Made by a program: the position numbers and the translations under genes. Below the pieces are notes generated by a model. The model was not told the DNA's origin. It was given only the letters and a program-made list of their open reading frames with translations, and did no database searches. Positions 9,975 to 19,010 of a DNA stretch of 64,000 bases are shown piece by piece; position 1 is the first letter of the stretch, and each line of letters opens with the position of its first letter. The DNA lies in the IMG/VR virus record IMGVR_UViG_3300031760_000033, positions 1-64,000 of that record. One strand, 5' to 3'. The stretch comes from a virus. Its lineage: Duplodnaviria > Caudoviricetes.

Positions 9975-10751
9975 ATGCCAATAATAAGGACAAAAACAGG
10001 ACGGAAGTTGCTGAAAAACGCAAGAAATCTCTTTGTGCTTCCGTATCGCTATGACACCACGTTGTCGCAGTATGTGTTGGGCCAGAACCTTTACGACCTG
10101 TCGGCCATCATCGGCGACAGTATCACTCTGGAGCAGAGCGACGGAGACACCCAGACGAAAGAGAACGAGTTTACCAACGAAGCCCTAGTCAAGAACGTAA
10201 CGACAGGGGAATGGAAGTTCACGGCTCAGTGCTTGGACTTGCAGAACTCCGTATTGAAGGCTTTGTTCATGGCTTACACAAACGATACCTATGGTGCTGC
10301 CGCATTGCGTCCGGAATACGAGACGCTGTACGCACTGATTATGGTCAGGTTTTCTGATACGAGCACACCTGATGTCTGGCTACCGAAGGTACTTCTGAAC
10401 AGCAAACTCCTATTGCAGCAGATGAAGACAAGAGGCTCTCAGGGTAATGTCAGTGGCACGTTGTTCTCCAGCCGGTGCGGTATCATCCAGTCTTCCTCTC
10501 AGGCGCAAGGTCATGCTATCCATCAACTCATGCCTCTTGCAGACAATATTGCAGGAACGAATGTCTATACGCCGAATGTGCCTGTTTTGTTTGCTCCTCA
10601 GGCCCATCGAGTCATCGTTTTCAACCACAGGGCCGAGGAGGACGGAGAAACTGTCTTTGACACCCCGAATCCCGCGACGACTGGTAATCAGGATTGTTGC
10701 GGACACAACATCGTCGTGTCGGACGATAATCCGGCTGTGGCTGTAATTTAG
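9975..10751 (+). CDS. Tail tube protein paralog
   Basis: Aligns by eye to 9211-9888 (YDLSAIIGDS..QCLDLQN vs YDIHDIVGDT..QCLDFQN). Confidence 0.65.
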   Translation: MPIIRTKTGRKLLKNARNLFVLPYRYDTTLSQYVLGQNLYDLSAIIGDSITLEQSDGDTQTKENEFTNEALVKNVTTGEWKFTAQCLDLQNSVLKALFMAYTNDTYGAAALRPEYETLYALIMVRFSDTSTPDVWLPKVLLNSKLLLQQMKTRGSQGNVSGTLFSSRCGIIQSSSQAQGHAIHQLMPLADNIAGTNVYTPNVPVLFAPQAHRVIVFNHRAEEDGETVFDTPNPATTGNQDCCGHNIVVSDDNPAVAVI

Positions 10752-10776
10752 TTTCTGACAAGTGCAAAATTCTTCG

Positions 10777-10784
10777 TATCTTTG
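10777..10784 (+). promoter_or_regulatory. Bacteroidota -7 promoter element
   Basis: TATCTTTG inside an inverted repeat GTGCAAA..TTTGCAC (10762-10787). Confidence 0.65.
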
Positions 10785-10808
10785 CACCTGAATTAAAACT
10801 TTAACTAG

Positions 10809-11360
10809 ATGCCTTTAGTAAAAGCAAAATCAGACGTTAAGCAACGTCTTAAAGAACAAAAGAACAAGGATTTGTTCGTCAGCGAGGAGGCCCAGAATAG
10901 GCTTGCGGCCATTATCGCGGACGCTCCTTCGATAGAGAAATTTGCAGGGACCGAGTGGGAAATGCGCCCTCTCCGTTTCGGCACTCAGTACCTCATTGTT
11001 GATGAGGTGAGAAAAATCAAGGAAATGGAGTCTGCGACCTATGAGAACTCAATCATAGGTCTGGCGGCAACCATGCCGGCCACCGTGACGGTCGTTACGC
11101 TGGCCCTGTTGAACGACAAGAATCGCATCTACCAGAACGGCGACCCCAATCAAGGGTACAGCAAGCTCTTCAAGCGCACCTATGACACTATCATGTGGAA
11201 CGCCAATAAGGAGGAGCTTATCAAGATACTTTGGGACTGCATCCAGATGGTTGATGTGTCTTTTTTTATGGAAGCTCTGGGTATGCTCCAGATATTCAGA
11301 GCACAGGTGACGGAGAAGAAGCGGACGAGGACGAAGATGAAGAGAGTAGAAGCGAAATAA
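10809..11360 (+). CDS. Tail assembly chaperone (lambda gpG-like position)
   Basis: Lies between tail tube and tape measure genes; contains a slippery heptamer. Confidence 0.7.
   Translation: MPLVKAKSDVKQRLKEQKNKDLFVSEEAQNRLAAIIADAPSIEKFAGTEWEMRPLRFGTQYLIVDEVRKIKEMESATYENSIIGLAATMPATVTVVTLALLNDKNRIYQNGDPNQGYSKLFKRTYDTIMWNANKEELIKILWDCIQMVDVSFFMEALGMLQIFRAQVTEKKRTRTKMKRVEAK
11261..11267 (+). other. Programmed -1 ribosomal frameshift site T TTT TTT
   Basis: The -1 frame from 11267 is open for 40 codons and runs directly into ORF 11387-11611. Confidence 0.85.
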
Positions 11361-11611
11361 TCCGTTCCGTCAGTGAAATTGGAGAAATGGTGGACTTTCT
11401 GAAATATAATCCTTACATGACAATAGAGGATTATCAATGGAAGTACAGCATACCGATGATAAAGATAATGGGAATGGATAATACTCATTCAGTATGTTTA
11501 TCCAAGAAGGAGATAGAAAGAAGAAAAGGACAAATAGTAACAACAAAGGGGAAAAGTGTGCAGGAGTTGAACAACGACCTTGGGGTCAAAATACAGTTTC
11601 CAAACGAATAA
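11267..11611 (+). CDS. Frameshifted C-terminal part of the chaperone (gpGT-like, about 267 aa in total)
   Basis: YGSSGYAPDIQSTGDGEEADEDEDEESRSEIIRSVSEIGE is continuous with MVDFLKYNPY. Confidence 0.8.
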   Translation, partial: YGSSGYAPDIQSTGDGEEADEDEDEESRSEIIRSVSEIGEMVDFLKYNPYMTIEDYQWKYSIPMIKIMGMDNTHSVCLSKKEIERRKGQIVTTKGKSVQELNNDLGVKIQFPNE

Positions 11612-11623
11612 AAACATACCGCT

Positions 11624-14600
11624 ATGGCAGACAATGTTGCAACCGCGTTAAAGAACTTGAATAAGGAGTTGACCGAAGCTGATGTCAAGATAAGGGCAGC
11701 GCAGGGAGATTCTCAGGCGTTATTTGATGCAATCGTGCGAGGGGTTGGAATAAGCAAAGATGCGTTCAGGAGTTTGGTGTCGGAGCTGTCTGGCACAGAC
11801 ATTAAGGGCGCCAGAACCATTGACATCGTAACGAGGTTGGTTGACGAAAATGGGAGAAAGCTCACCCCGGCATCCATCAAGGCTACAATAGAAAATATCA
11901 CAAAGGACAATAAGCCACAAACACTTGGCCTTTTCCAATACAAGACGTCCGACCTGAACACTCTGCAACAGATGTTGGCCATGTCGAAGAAAGATGCTGC
12001 GGATTTGTTATCCACAGTCTTAAAGATTTCAAACACTTCGGTTGGACTTAATAAAACACAAGGAACTGCCTATAGCAATGCTTTGGCAAGTAGAATAAAA
12101 GAAGAGGCTAGGGCCAGAAATAAAATAATAAAGCTCCAAGAAAGGCAGCTTCAACTAGAGCAAGCAATCGACAGGGCCTCTTCAAACAAAAGTGGGAAAA
12201 CCAAGTTTGAGGGTCAGATGAGGTCTGTTGCCGACCTCAATAAGGAGTTAGCAAAAACAGCCAGACTGATAAGCCAACAGAATGCCATCCTTCAAGGCTC
12301 AGGTAGAGGTCAGAATGTTGCAAAAGCATTGGGCCTTGGGACTGCCAAAAAGGAAGCTGATATGCTCAACAATTCGTTAAGCAAAACAATCGGTTTGGCA
12401 CAGCGTCTTGGGTATGCGTTTGGCATTGCTTTCTCTGCTCAGGGCCTTGTTCAGTTCGGGCGTAAGCTGGTTGAAACGAGAGGCGAATTTGAGTTGCAGC
12501 AGGTCGCGTTGCGGTCGATTTTGCAGAATAAACAGGTTGCTGACGAAATATGGGACAAGACGATGCAAGCGGCCCTCCAGTCGCCATTCACTGCAATGCA
12601 GTTGACGAAATATACAAAGCAGCTGGCGGCTTATCGCATCGAGACAGAAAAGCTATTTGATACAACAAAACGTCTCGCTGACGTGTCTGCCGGTCTCGGT
12701 GTCGATATGCAGCGCTTAATTCTTGCTTATGGTCAGGTAAAAGCTGCAAATTACCTCCGTGCGTCAGAAATCCGTCAGTTTACAGAGGCTGGCGTGAATA
12801 TTCTCGGTGAATTATCAACATACCTGTCAAAGACGAGAGGCGAAATGATTTCGACCGCACAGGTTATGGATATGGTCCAGAAGAGGATGGTTAAATTTGA
12901 AGATGTTGAGGCAATCTTCAAAAGAATGACCGACGCTGGTGGAATCTTCTACGAAATGCAATATATTCAATCTCAAACCGTGAAAGGTCAGTTGAATAAA
13001 CTGCATGATGCGTATGACCAGATGCTTAACAATATCGGTAAGGCCAATCAGGGAGCCATTCGCGATTTGGTTGGCTTGCTGAACAATATAGTCAAAAACT
13101 GGAGAGAATGGAAGACTGTTATTGACCTTATAGCATGGCCTCTGATTATATCCACAATATACAAATTCGGAAGAGGTCTTATGTATGCTAATGCCTCTGC
13201 CATTCTCACAAAGAAAAGTATCAACGGTGTAACTAGGGCTGGAGCAAGGATGCAGGTGATGATGAAAAGCCTTTACACAACAATGGCTAGCAACCCGTGG
13301 TTGGCCATAGCGATAGCAATAGCAGCAGCGACAGTTGCTCTTATCAATCATGCAAAACAGGTGAAGTTTGTGCAGGACCAGATAATGGAGCAGAATACTA
13401 GATTGTATGAGACTCAGGAGCAACTTAAAGGGTATCAGACTACTATTGAGAACAACAACAAAGCCATCAAAGATAACAAGACGGCAACTGACTCTAACAA
13501 ACTATCAACTGACGAGTTAAACAAGAAAAAAGAAGAGAATAGGGAAATACTCGCAAAACTCACAAACGACTATCCTGAGCTTGTGAAAAACATGAAGCTC
13601 GAAGAGGATGGAACGATTACTCTCACTGACGCAATCACCAAATATAACGATGAGTTGGAGCGTCAGATGACACTAAAGAATATTTTGGCCCAAAATTCTG
13701 GCGGTAGCTGGCTCGGAGATTTATTCTCCGATACTTATACGACCAATCTCACAGAATACATGGAAGGATTGAGTAAATTGAAAGGAGAGTTGATTTCCGC
13801 TCAATCTATGGCCACTACACTTCAAATGAGAATGCACCTTGCGGGAGAGGACAATCTTCCGTTCTATGGTGCCCTCAAACAGATTAAGGATTTGGATTTG
13901 TCAGACATTGAGAAAGCTGCCGGGCAATATCGTAATATTATCCAAAGCCTTTATTCTGACGTTCTTACAGGATATACCGGTGAGCATAATACGCCTGTGT
14001 ACGAGCGTAGTTATGTCGGCGGTGCAAAGAAATATATGTCTGAACTTCCTCAACTATCCTCGTTTCCGCATGATGCTCCTACGGCAAAAAAAGCAATGGA
14101 GGAAAATGCAGATGTGTTTATGGGGATGTTTGAGGAAAGTATATCTCAAATATCTGATTATGAGAAGATAATAACCGAAAAATATAACGGTGATGTAGCG
14201 GCCTTTATTGCAGACAATACTGAACTTATCAACAAAGGTATTGTGGAGGGGAATGCAGATGTTGTTTCCACTATCCGTACAGTCTTGCAAACTCAGGGGG
14301 GCGCCACCACAAAAGAGGCTAAAGTCTGGTATAACAAAGTATTGAACGAATATCTTACATTTCATAACGCTCATGCTAAAATAGCCGCTTTGGAGGCACA
14401 GGTTTCAGCCGAAAGAGAGAAAAAATACAAGAATCAGGACCACCAGTTGATAGCTGATGCACAGAGAGAGATTGAAGAGATTAAAAATTCTCTCATTGGT
14501 GTCGAGGAAATTGATTTCTTTGCATCATCGGCTAAGACAAATACCAATGGTACTGGCGGTGAAGACGGGAAGGGAGATAAGACCAAAGAGAACGCAAGTC

Positions 14601-17422
14601 GTATGCTGTCCCTGATTAAAGAAATGAGGTCAGAGTATGACAAGCTGGCCAAGTCTGCATACGGATATGCAAAGAGTGAGGCAACTGTAAGAGAGTCGTA
14701 TAAGCAGTCGGTTAAAGAGATTTTGGGTAAGGCAGGTATAACCGACTACGACTTTACTACCAATGCAGGAATGATTGCTGCGCTTGAAAAGGTAATGGAA
14801 TATGCCACAAAGTTAGGCCCCGAGGCTGCCGCAGAAGTACAAAAGTACATTGACCAACTTGAAACAGAAATAACCATCAATGCACAAGTGCGCATCCGCG
14901 AGGACTTCGGACGCCAGATGGAGGAGGCTTTCAATGACTACGACCTCACACTCGAATTGCAAAACCTCGGAATCTCTGAGGATATGGCGAAAAACCTTTT
15001 CCCAGACTTGGACTACACATCCATAGGCAAGTTGCAGGAGATAATGAAGGATTTTTATGACTCCCGCCAAACAAAAGACGAGAAGGGAAATGTATTATTT
15101 TCCGTGAAAGACTTGGAGGAGTACAGGAAGTGGGCTGACAAAATTGACGCCGAAATACTTAAAGCCAGAAAAGAGAAGGTAAAGCAGTACAGTAAATACC
15201 TCGAAAAAGAGTATAGCGAGAGGGCTAAACTGGAAATGAAACACGCGCAGGATATTGCCTTCGTAACTGCAAATATTACTGATAAGGCCCAGCGTAAGAA
15301 TATTATAGAAAATATAAACAGAAAGTATCAAAACGACCTGAATGACTTAAACTGGAGGTCGTTCAAAGAGAGTGATTTTTATGTGGAAATGATGGACGAT
15401 ATATCATCACTCCCAAGAGAATATATGCAGATGATGCTTGATAAAATTGAGGAGATTTTACAGCATCCAGAGACTCTCTCGCCCCGTGCTTTGAAAGAAG
15501 CCATCAATGCTCGTCAAAAGGTTTTAGAAGCCCAAATGAACTTGGAACCTTTGGATGTTATGCGCTCTTCCCTTACAACTATAAGGGAGGCTCAGCAGGA
15601 TAAAGAGGTTGGTGGTAAGAATTGGAAACAAACCAAAGAAAACATCAATAAGGCTGTAGCGGAACAAGCTGAACTGATACAAGGTTATGACAACGAGATA
15701 CAGCGTTTGCAGACTTTGCAGGGTGAACTTGCTGGGTACGAAAAAGCCTTGGAGAACTTACAGAAGGCTGATTCAAATGTTGATATTCCTCTACTGAATA
15801 GAGTTCTCGGACTTGACGAGAATGGCAAGATAACATCAATGGAAGACCTGTCGGATGATGCAATACAGGAAGCCATTGACCGATTGACAACAGAAAACAC
15901 TCAGGAAAAAGCAAAATACGATGCGACCGTTCAGACTGATGAAATGAACGCTCGTGCGGTAGAAATCAGTGATAGAGAAAGGATAATAAAGTTACTTACC
16001 GATGAGTTGACAGCGAGAAGAGAGCTTTCAAATTATCAGATGTCAGATGCAGCAACCACGGCTGTCGCAACTGGCCAAACATCAACAAGTGTTGGCTCTG
16101 AGATTCAGGTTGTTCAAGGTAAAAAAGACACTTCTGTAAAAAAGATACAGAATTTCAAGCAATATCTTGAAGCGTTCACCCAATTTGATGCCGCGTTTGC
16201 AAAGTTTAATGCTGCAATCAATTCTACATTGAACGCTGTTGCTGGTATGGGTAACGCTTTCTATGATATGTTCGATGCTCTTGGATGTAAGACCGATGCT
16301 CTGACAGAAGGATGGAAAGAGTTTGGCAATACGATGATTAGTAGTATTACCAATGCCCTCACAATGATACCGATGATGGTCGCGGCATTTACCGCAGCCG
16401 GCATAGCTATCAATTCTGCTATGAGTATCATCGGTCTTATCGCCGAAGCTCTGAACTTGCTGATGACCGCTATTACTGCAATATCCAAACTGCACGATGC
16501 TGGGTATGAGAAGGAGATTGAGAACCAGCAAAAGAAGATTGATGAGTTGAAATCTGCCTATGAGCGTCTGGAGAAGGCCATAGAGAAGACTTGGACCACG
16601 ATGTCCTATATCGACACCTACAATCAGCAGGTCGAGAATATCAAGCAGCAGATAGAGGCTCTGGAGGCCCAGCGTAGCGCAGAAAACTCCAAAAAGAACA
16701 CTGATGAGGACAAGATACGCGAGTACGGCGACTCCATACAAGAGGCATACGACGAACTGGAGGAACTGGAGCAGAAGCGTATCGAGGTGTTCGGCGGTGT
16801 CGGAGAGGTCAACTACAGGAGTGCTGCCGAGGAATTTGTCTCTGCATGGAAGGATGCCTTCCTTGAAACCGGCGACGGTCTGGAGGCATTGCAGGAACAT
16901 TTCGATGAGTTCTTGCAGGAGTGGTTTGTGAAACAGGCCACGATGCGTATTGCCGGTGCTATGCTGGAACGTACTTTCCGAATGATTGACGAATCGGTCA
17001 ATGAGAGTAGCGAGGGTGGTGTGGCCGTTACTATGGCAGAACTACAGGCCATCCGGGATGAGTTTGCTACTCAGGCCCCGCTTATCTCCGAGGCTTTGGA
17101 GGAGTTGGCTGGTATGTGGGACCTCGGTAACGGAGAAGGCTCTCTCAGCGGCCTTGCAGCCGGCATACAGGGCATGACCGAAGAACAAGCAAATATCCTC
17201 GAAGCATATTGGAACAGTGTCAGGATGTACACTGCAAACCTCGATGTGAATGTCGAGCGTATTGCCAATATTCTTGGCGCCGGCGGCTCCGCAACCAACC
17301 CTCAGTTACAGCAGTTGCAGATAATAGCGCAGCACACTCAGGCCATTCATACACTGCTTGACAGTGTTACAAGAAGCGGACATCCGCAGGGAGGTCTTGG
17401 TATAAAGGTGTTTAACAACTAA
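11624..17422 (+). CDS. Tape measure protein
   Basis: 1932 aa, helical; tape-measure-domain-like segment (ALQSPFT..LADVSAGLG..LILAYGQVKA..SEIRQF); hydrophobic segments; follows the chaperone. Confidence 0.9.
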   Translation: MADNVATALKNLNKELTEADVKIRAAQGDSQALFDAIVRGVGISKDAFRSLVSELSGTDIKGARTIDIVTRLVDENGRKLTPASIKATIENITKDNKPQTLGLFQYKTSDLNTLQQMLAMSKKDAADLLSTVLKISNTSVGLNKTQGTAYSNALASRIKEEARARNKIIKLQERQLQLEQAIDRASSNKSGKTKFEGQMRSVADLNKELAKTARLISQQNAILQGSGRGQNVAKALGLGTAKKEADMLNNSLSKTIGLAQRLGYAFGIAFSAQGLVQFGRKLVETRGEFELQQVALRSILQNKQVADEIWDKTMQAALQSPFTAMQLTKYTKQLAAYRIETEKLFDTTKRLADVSAGLGVDMQRLILAYGQVKAANYLRASEIRQFTEAGVNILGELSTYLSKTRGEMISTAQVMDMVQKRMVKFEDVEAIFKRMTDAGGIFYEMQYIQSQTVKGQLNKLHDAYDQMLNNIGKANQGAIRDLVGLLNNIVKNWREWKTVIDLIAWPLIISTIYKFGRGLMYANASAILTKKSINGVTRAGARMQVMMKSLYTTMASNPWLAIAIAIAAATVALINHAKQVKFVQDQIMEQNTRLYETQEQLKGYQTTIENNNKAIKDNKTATDSNKLSTDELNKKKEENREILAKLTNDYPELVKNMKLEEDGTITLTDAITKYNDELERQMTLKNILAQNSGGSWLGDLFSDTYTTNLTEYMEGLSKLKGELISAQSMATTLQMRMHLAGEDNLPFYGALKQIKDLDLSDIEKAAGQYRNIIQSLYSDVLTGYTGEHNTPVYERSYVGGAKKYMSELPQLSSFPHDAPTAKKAMEENADVFMGMFEESISQISDYEKIITEKYNGDVAAFIADNTELINKGIVEGNADVVSTIRTVLQTQGGATTKEAKVWYNKVLNEYLTFHNAHAKIAALEAQVSAEREKKYKNQDHQLIADAQREIEEIKNSLIGVEEIDFFASSAKTNTNGTGGEDGKGDKTKENASRMLSLIKEMRSEYDKLAKSAYGYAKSEATVRESYKQSVKEILGKAGITDYDFTTNAGMIAALEKVMEYATKLGPEAAAEVQKYIDQLETEITINAQVRIREDFGRQMEEAFNDYDLTLELQNLGISEDMAKNLFPDLDYTSIGKLQEIMKDFYDSRQTKDEKGNVLFSVKDLEEYRKWADKIDAEILKARKEKVKQYSKYLEKEYSERAKLEMKHAQDIAFVTANITDKAQRKNIIENINRKYQNDLNDLNWRSFKESDFYVEMMDDISSLPREYMQMMLDKIEEILQHPETLSPRALKEAINARQKVLEAQMNLEPLDVMRSSLTTIREAQQDKEVGGKNWKQTKENINKAVAEQAELIQGYDNEIQRLQTLQGELAGYEKALENLQKADSNVDIPLLNRVLGLDENGKITSMEDLSDDAIQEAIDRLTTENTQEKAKYDATVQTDEMNARAVEISDRERIIKLLTDELTARRELSNYQMSDAATTAVATGQTSTSVGSEIQVVQGKKDTSVKKIQNFKQYLEAFTQFDAAFAKFNAAINSTLNAVAGMGNAFYDMFDALGCKTDALTEGWKEFGNTMISSITNALTMIPMMVAAFTAAGIAINSAMSIIGLIAEALNLLMTAITAISKLHDAGYEKEIENQQKKIDELKSAYERLEKAIEKTWTTMSYIDTYNQQVENIKQQIEALEAQRSAENSKKNTDEDKIREYGDSIQEAYDELEELEQKRIEVFGGVGEVNYRSAAEEFVSAWKDAFLETGDGLEALQEHFDEFLQEWFVKQATMRIAGAMLERTFRMIDESVNESSEGGVAVTMAELQAIRDEFATQAPLISEALEELAGMWDLGNGEGSLSGLAAGIQGMTEEQANILEAYWNSVRMYTANLDVNVERIANILGAGGSATNPQLQQLQIIAQHTQAIHTLLDSVTRSGHPQGGLGIKVFNN

Positions 17423-17434
17423 AAACAAAATACA

Positions 17435-17998
17435 ATGGCAGACATTAACATCCTATCACCATTCATCCTCTCCTTCGAGGGAGGTTTTGCTAACCACCCG
17501 GCAGACAAGGGCGGTGCGACTAACAAAGGGGTCACGATTGCCACATGGCGTAAAGTTGGTTACGACAAGGATGGCGACGGCGACATCGACGTGGACGACC
17601 TGAAACTGATAACCGACCAAGAGGCTGTTGATGCAGTTCTCAGGCCCCACTACTGGAACCGCTGGAAGGCCGACCAAATCAAGAGTCAGTCTCTCGCGAA
17701 CATCCTTGTCGATTGGGTTTGGGGTAGCGGCGCACACGGAATCAAGATACCACAGCAGCTCCTCGACGTTCCGGCTGACGGCATTGTCGGCCCGCAAACT
17801 CTCGCGGCCCTCAACGCCAAGAAGCCGGAGGCTTTCTTCAATCTCATCAAGAACAGAAGGGAGCAATTCTTCAATACCATCGTCAAAAAAGACCCGTCTC
17901 AGAAGGTATTTTTGAAAGGATGGCTGAGAAGACTCAATTCGATAAACTTTGGTTATCTGAAAGATAACCGTGGTCGAGTCATTCGGTTCAAAGAATAA
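17435..17998 (+). CDS. Endolysin, glycoside hydrolase family 108 with PG-binding domain
   Basis: EGGFANHPADKGGATNKGVT catalytic motif; C-terminal FLKGWLRR. Confidence 0.9.
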   Translation: MADINILSPFILSFEGGFANHPADKGGATNKGVTIATWRKVGYDKDGDGDIDVDDLKLITDQEAVDAVLRPHYWNRWKADQIKSQSLANILVDWVWGSGAHGIKIPQQLLDVPADGIVGPQTLAALNAKKPEAFFNLIKNRREQFFNTIVKKDPSQKVFLKGWLRRLNSINFGYLKDNRGRVIRFKE

Positions 17999-18022
17999 TT
18001 TTCGCAAGTTGAAATATTTTTG

Positions 18023-18030
18023 TATTTTTG
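18023..18030 (+). promoter_or_regulatory. Bacteroidota -7 promoter element
   Basis: TATTTTTG upstream of 18073. Confidence 0.55.
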
Positions 18031-18072
18031 CAGCGAAATAGGTTCAACTAACACTTAAAATAAACAAACGCA

Positions 18073-18483
18073 ATGTGGTGGCAAACAATCATTATCGACG
18101 TCCTTTCAGTGACATCAATTCTTAGCATTATTGCTATGATTCGGTTCTGGAAACAGAACAAGAAACTCAAAGACAATGAGGTAAAACTCAAAGACAGCGA
18201 AGTGGCCCAATCGAATGTCGAGGCCCAGAAATCAGAAATCAGCTTGGCGAACCTCTATAAAGAGGAAATGCTGAAAGTCATTAACTTACTGAAAGAATCC
18301 GAGACCAAAAACCTCGGTAATCAGAAGGAAATGATGGTGACATTGAAGAACCTCGACAGCCGGATGGAGCGTATGGAGTTGAAGGTCGGCGATATAGAAA
18401 GTTACCTCAACGGACCGTACCATAGGTATCTTGCTGACAAAGAGCAGGAACAGGCACAGCACGAACAAAAAGAGGCACAGTAG
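18073..18483 (+). CDS. Putative holin/antiholin
   Basis: One N-terminal TM helix plus coiled coil, between endolysin and spanin. Confidence 0.5.
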   Translation: MWWQTIIIDVLSVTSILSIIAMIRFWKQNKKLKDNEVKLKDSEVAQSNVEAQKSEISLANLYKEEMLKVINLLKESETKNLGNQKEMMVTLKNLDSRMERMELKVGDIESYLNGPYHRYLADKEQEQAQHEQKEAQ

Positions 18484-18484
18484 T

Positions 18485-19009
18485 ATGCGAGACGGTTTTC
18501 TTTCATGTCATAATAGTTTTTTATTGGTTAGCGGTTTGAGAAAAGCCGCACTGGTGGCAGCATTGATTTGTCTGGCTATCAGTGCGGTCTCTTGCCGTTC
18601 TGTCAAGGAGGTACAGATAGTAACTGACACTTTGGCAGTACACGACACAACCGAGGTCTTCGTCCATGACACAACGAAGATAAAGGAGGTCCGATACGAC
18701 AGTATCGACCGCTTTGTTGAGAAGACCGTGTACGTTGACACCAATGGCGTTGTGCATGAAAAGGAGGTCGAGAAGCTCACCCGCTATATCTATTTGCAGG
18801 ATGAGCAGTACAAGGTGATGGAGTCCTATTACAAGAAAAAGGTCTCTGAGCTGGAGAAGAAGCTCGAAGAGAAGGCAAAAGTGGAGTATGTGGAGAAGGA
18901 GCTAAACTGGTTCCAGAAGACGATGATTGGGCTTGGGTGGTGCTTCATAGCCGCGATTGTAATTTCAGGTATATGCCTGTACTTCAAATTGAAAAGAAAG
19001 GTAACATAA
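18485..19009 (+). CDS. Unimolecular spanin (u-spanin)
   Basis: Lipoprotein signal ending AISAVSC plus C-terminal TM helix (MIGLGWCFIAAIVISGICLYF) with a basic tail. Confidence 0.65.
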   Translation: MRDGFLSCHNSFLLVSGLRKAALVAALICLAISAVSCRSVKEVQIVTDTLAVHDTTEVFVHDTTKIKEVRYDSIDRFVEKTVYVDTNGVVHEKEVEKLTRYIYLQDEQYKVMESYYKKKVSELEKKLEEKAKVEYVEKELNWFQKTMIGLGWCFIAAIVISGICLYFKLKRKVT

Positions 19010-19010
19010 C

